Source: Dudresnaya verticillata (Eukaryota). From it: a stretch of DNA of 64,000 bases. Position 1 is the stretch's first letter. Each line of letters starts with the position of its first letter. This document shows positions 59,946 through 64,000 of the stretch, in pieces. The notes below the pieces were generated by a model. It saw only the letters and a list, made by a program, of their open reading frames with translations. It did no database searches and was not told where the DNA came from. Location of the stretch: contig OZ374565.1 of assembly GCA_977862235.1 (NCBI GenBank), forward strand, positions 1,984,001 to 2,048,000, in the 5' to 3' direction. The translations under genes and the position numbers were made by a program.

Positions 59946-60489
59946 TGTCGAAATACAGACCTTTACGGCACTGTAGCCGTTAGGATCCACACGTGGTCGT
60001 CGATAAACCGCCCTCAAAAGGGCTGCTTCGGTTAGCACGAGTGCAAGAGCTGCACGCTCGGAACGGCTCTCAAAAGAGCTGACTGAGGGCGGAGCAATTG
60101 ATTCCAATGGTAGCGGAGGTTGATTCAAACGTAGACACTAGTTGAGTGTTCCGTGGTTCTTTGAACTTGTCTTCCATTAGTTGCAAACGCAAAGCGTTGC
60201 ACCGTCTCCGGTCTGTAGCGTGTGCTAGACTAGTTCCCTAGATTGTTTGGTTGTTGTTCTGTTTTGTAATCGTTGACTTTTCTTTACTTTGTTGCTGACA
60301 TCGGAATAGTTCTTGTACTGAGTTTCATCCTCCACGCAAACGTGGAATTGAATGCAACTACTGACAATATTCAGTGACAATTGACACTACATGCTACTCT
60401 ATCTTGACCACCCATTTATAATCTCCGGCCAAGGCTGGGCCAGATTGACTTCGCTCGAAGTCCTCTATACCTACCCAAGTTGAACGACA
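59946..60489 (-). repeat. Copia-2 5' LTR (544 bp)
   Basis: Direct repeat of 54409-54951. Confidence 0.95.
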
Positions 60490-60899
60490 CGGACCTGTGC
60501 TAATATATTGTGCTCCCTTGATCTGCTGCTTCGTTAAGACTTCATAGCATGCGGCAGGGTCTGCATTCTATAAATAGGACAGAGATGGCCCTAAAGAGGA
60601 CTGGACTAAATAAATGGTTCTCCTAGATTAACTATAAGGGCCATTATGCAAAAGAGACGGATGGGAGAAGTTGCGACTATTCATACTAACAGAAGAACAC
60701 TGGAACACAAGGGATCGTGACAGTAATTTGAAGGGAATGATTCTCGGATTGCAGGGAAGGGCACTTAGAAATGGGAAGTGATGTTAAACGTGTAGTTATT
60801 AAGCGTCGACTCACTTGATTGTGGCGCCGCGACCTTCTTCATCTCGATGGTATGGATATCAACCACCCTGAATCTTTTTGAGATCAATTGGGGATGCAC

Positions 60900-61211
60900 G
60901 GGTATGTTGATGAGCCTGACTGTGCACTACGCCCACAGGCATTCGATGATTTGGTCGTGAGTCCTCACGCCCGCCATTACCGTTCTTCTCCCTATACCGC
61001 TGATGTTATATTCGTCCGTGAGTGCCGCAAATGGAACCAATATCACCGTCTTTGTTTCAACAATTCCATTTACCTTCATCCCATGCTCATGGATACCTAC
61101 GGACGTATTGGTTCTGGGTTTGACTCTGGTGCTCATAGAATAGCCAATTTCTTGGCTCCCAAGAAGTTCACGTCCTGTATGGCTGAAAACTCCACCTCCT
61201 CACTCGTGTGA
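60900..61211 (+). pseudogene. RLE-type non-LTR retroelement C-terminal fragment
   Basis: LHPMLMDTYGRIGSGFDSGAHRIANFL resembles 52230-52300 (VDVYGRVGSSFEIGAQRIAN) and 45332-45400 (MDIHGAIRYGFYRGAQRIANFLA). Confidence 0.6.
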
Positions 61212-62214
61212 CCTCCCTTGTATTGTAATGTGTGGCCGTTTTGGTCAACCGATGTAAGCTAGATATCTATGATAGATCTGATTGTGAAGCGCTCCTTGGG
61301 GGTTGAGGGGTATTTCAGTCAATGCATAAAGTGTTTTCTACTTGATTTAGAGCGCGCCTGCAATTGGAAGTGGACGCGCGACGCACCGCAACAATGAAAA
61401 ATGCGTCATTCTAAAACTCGAGTTCCTGCAACAGACAACACTACAGCTTACCAGTGATGAGACTGCAGCACCGACCAGCGGGCGCCTTACTGGGCGAGGA
61501 GTGGCAGGTTGGGTTGAGTAGGTAGAGCATATGGTGTTGCTGGCTGTGTGTTTTTCTACCGACTTGATTGTTAGAGTCCGCTCGTTTACTTGAGACTGCG
61601 TGTGCACACTGCGGCACTTATAGAGAATCTGTTATTTGTTTCCTATGCATAAAGGTCTCCATCTCTTTTTGTTTTCTGCGTAAACCTGCCAAAACCGCAG
61701 AAATATCTAAACTAGCCCACTATAAGCAAGGGCTCTGAAGAGCACATTGCAACAAAGTATGGGTTCTCTATAAAAATTACATCAAGATGCAATGAATGCG
61801 CAGTAGTGCGGAAATACACAGAAAAATGCGCATAAAGGCATACACATTGCAGAAAATCTGAGTGAGGCCAGGTACTGTAGAGACCGGTTGTAAGGCACGG
61901 ATAGCTGGATAAAAAGCCACAGGATTGCGCAGGATAGCAACAGCATCCTTCAAGGATAGATGTAGGAGGATCTCGTCGTGAGAGGAGTATGCCAACCATA
62001 GAGTAATAACGCAGCAGATATATGCGCATGGCGGCTTTCAATGAGCACTAACTCTGAGCGGGACGATTATTATATCGTTGTTATCGATATCAAAGCCATC
62101 AACACATTTTAAGAACTGTGCTGATGGGTCTGGCAGATTGCGTCTCAGGAGAATGCGTCTGCTTTTTATGCTTCAGTGCGGTGCTGAATTGACCGTACAT
62201 GTGCGCTGCTGTCC

Positions 62215-64000
62215 GTCTCACCTGTTCATGCTAATTCGATTGCGTACTCGTTGGTGATGCTCCCGCTATATTCATGCAGCGCCATGCCATATTGTTATGG
62301 TTAGCATAGCGGATGTGGTACATCCTTAGTGTATTGGCCATCTCTCAATTGGATGCAATCTGAATAAGCACACGCGGTGTACCTTCCAAGGTAAGATCTA
62401 AAACAAAACTGCCAGGCGCTATTCTCTTGAGATCGGCGCTTCCCGCAACCCTGCAACACCAACCGCAGGCCCATTGTTCATTATTCAGTGTAACAGTATT
62501 AAACTCCGGCATGAGCCACTGAATGCATTTGCGGCCAGACTACGGCTGTCCTATGTAGGCGCCTCCACATGTCCAACAGAGTTTCTCCTCTCTCAACGAA
62601 CATCATTCTCCAGCAAGTCACTTCGTTGCAGGTATGGCCCCACCTGGGTGGAAGAGGAAATAGATTGTCGTCAGCAATAGCAGAGCAGCTGCATATGCCG
62701 CGTAAATTGCAACGGTGGCCGCAACACTATTCAAAGCGTGCTGCTGACAAGGTTAATACGATGTATGTCTTGCACTAATCACTGCAGCCGGAAGAACAAA
62801 CTGTTCAAATTTCAGAGTTACCTCGAACCTACATACAATGGAGTCCTTCAGTAGTGCAACCGTAGCAACAATTCCATGTTAAGCTCTAATGCGAGCACGA
62901 GCCCGCTATTAATGGTCATTTTATACAACAGTTCTTTATCTATTAGCTCCACTCCATTTGTATTCTTCTACATACAGACAGGTCCGGAGATCCAGTGCAA
63001 GCACAGCCGACTTACTTCAAAATTCTAACGAGAGCGTGAAGTTCTAGCAGCGACAAACAGAACCGTTCTCGATCCATATTGGTCCTCTACAGCGCTAAAG
63101 GCTCTATTTCTTCCAAAGACATAGACGGGCTTTTACAATCCAATACTGAGCGCTCATACCACAACATTACGAGTATCCAGTAGGGATGCTCTAGCTTTAT
63201 GCTTTCGTAAAGTGACGTTTACCACAACACTTCTGGCAACCAATACAAACACCGCAATTGCCACAACACCACGTGGCCAACAATTTCTACAGTTCTCACT
63301 ACTCATTGACAGCAATGCGTTTCACACACTTCGTTCCCACGCATTGATCACAGAGCCGTTGAGCAGTATAAGAATCGCAAAGAAGGTTCAGATCGAGCGA
63401 CGACTCCATCCCAGCATCAGGAGGCATCTGAAAACATCGCTTTGTTGATCATCTTTCACTACCGGGGTAAAGTAATCTCAAAGGCTTCAAGGAAACTTTC
63501 ATCATGCGGTCAGTGCAGATCATTCTCATTGCATTTACTCTTCTCCTCGCAACAAGCTCGGCATCTGCCAGATGTCGTACTGGTCGATACAGATCATGCT
63601 GTGGAACTCGTTCCTATGACTACAGGTTCTACAAGTGCTGTGGGGGTGTTGTTGCCACTGGTGGCAGGTACAAAGCGTGCTGTGGCACTCGTACCTATGA
63701 CTACAGGTTCTACAAGTGCTGTGGGGGCGTTATTGCCACTGGTGGCAGGTACAAATCGTGCTGTGGCACTCGTACCTATGACTACAGGTTCTACAAATGC
63801 TGTGGGAACGTTATTACAAGTGGTGGTAGGTACAAATCGTGCTGTGGCACTCGTACCTTTGACTACAGGTTCTACAAATGCTGCGGGACGAGAATTTCGT
63901 CTAAACGGTCAAGATGCTAGAACTGAAACTTGAAACTTGCCGTTGCTGAGAAGGCACGTGACGACAAGAGATGATTCACTATTCTATGTTGTGATTGATG
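62215..64000 (+). repeat. Segmental duplication unit carrying family B copy 4
   Basis: Collinear with the other units; runs off the end of the window. Confidence 0.8.
63504..63920 (+). CDS. Secreted galaxin-like di-cysteine repeat protein, family B copy 4 (138 aa)
   Basis: Collinear paralogue of copy 3; 8 CC plus 2 C; TATAAGAA at 63367. Confidence 0.9.
   Translation: MRSVQIILIAFTLLLATSSASARCRTGRYRSCCGTRSYDYRFYKCCGGVVATGGRYKACCGTRTYDYRFYKCCGGVIATGGRYKSCCGTRTYDYRFYKCCGNVITSGGRYKSCCGTRTFDYRFYKCCGTRISSKRSRC

Larger units (their letters stand above)
54409..60489 (-). mobile_element. Full-length Ty1/Copia-order LTR retrotransposon (Copia-2)
   Basis: LTRs 54409-54951 and 59946-60489 (TGTCG...CGACA), CGGAC TSD at 54404-54408 and 60490-60494, gag-PR-IN-RT-RH order on the minus strand. 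Confidence 0.97.

Noticed and set aside
54394..60128. Two small ORFs with identical N-termini, MNQPPLPLESIAPP (54394-54591, 59871-60128)
   Set aside because: They lie in the two Copia-2 LTRs, start at a non-ATG codon and have no independent coding evidence.
20592..63933. Alternative-frame ORFs over the family B genes (20592-20939, 40511-40948, 47115-47519, 63442-63933; MTTG.TNA repeats)
   Set aside because: They overlap the CC-repeat CDSs, mostly begin at non-ATG codons with inconsistent starts, and are explained by repeat periodicity.

Overview
Eukaryotic, transposon-rich DNA with single-exon ORFs; the gene style and retroelement types suggest a florideophyte red alga (inference only). No housekeeping, rRNA or intact tRNA genes and no CRISPR arrays were seen. 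The recognisable genes almost all encode predicted secreted Cys-rich proteins: four paralogous 8-Cys prepropeptides (6.6-15.7 kb), four galaxin-like di-cysteine repeat proteins (20.2, 40.5, 47.1, 63.5 kb) inside duplicated multi-kb units, and two Cys-domain/mucin-like proteins, plus one predicted membrane protein. Two young full-length Ty1/Copia-order LTR retrotransposons are present. Copia-1 (23793-29068, +) is intact and has non-canonical AAT...ATT LTR ends, a GTGAT target-site duplication (TSD), a half-tRNA-iMet-type primer-binding site (PBS) and a Tudor-like domain between integrase and RT. Copia-2 (54409-60489, -) has TG...CA ends, a CGGAC TSD, a palindromic LTR/PBS junction and two in-frame TGA stops. 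The rest is largely decayed CRE/RLE-type non-LTR retroelements, LTR-like remnants and a dispersed family of element termini.
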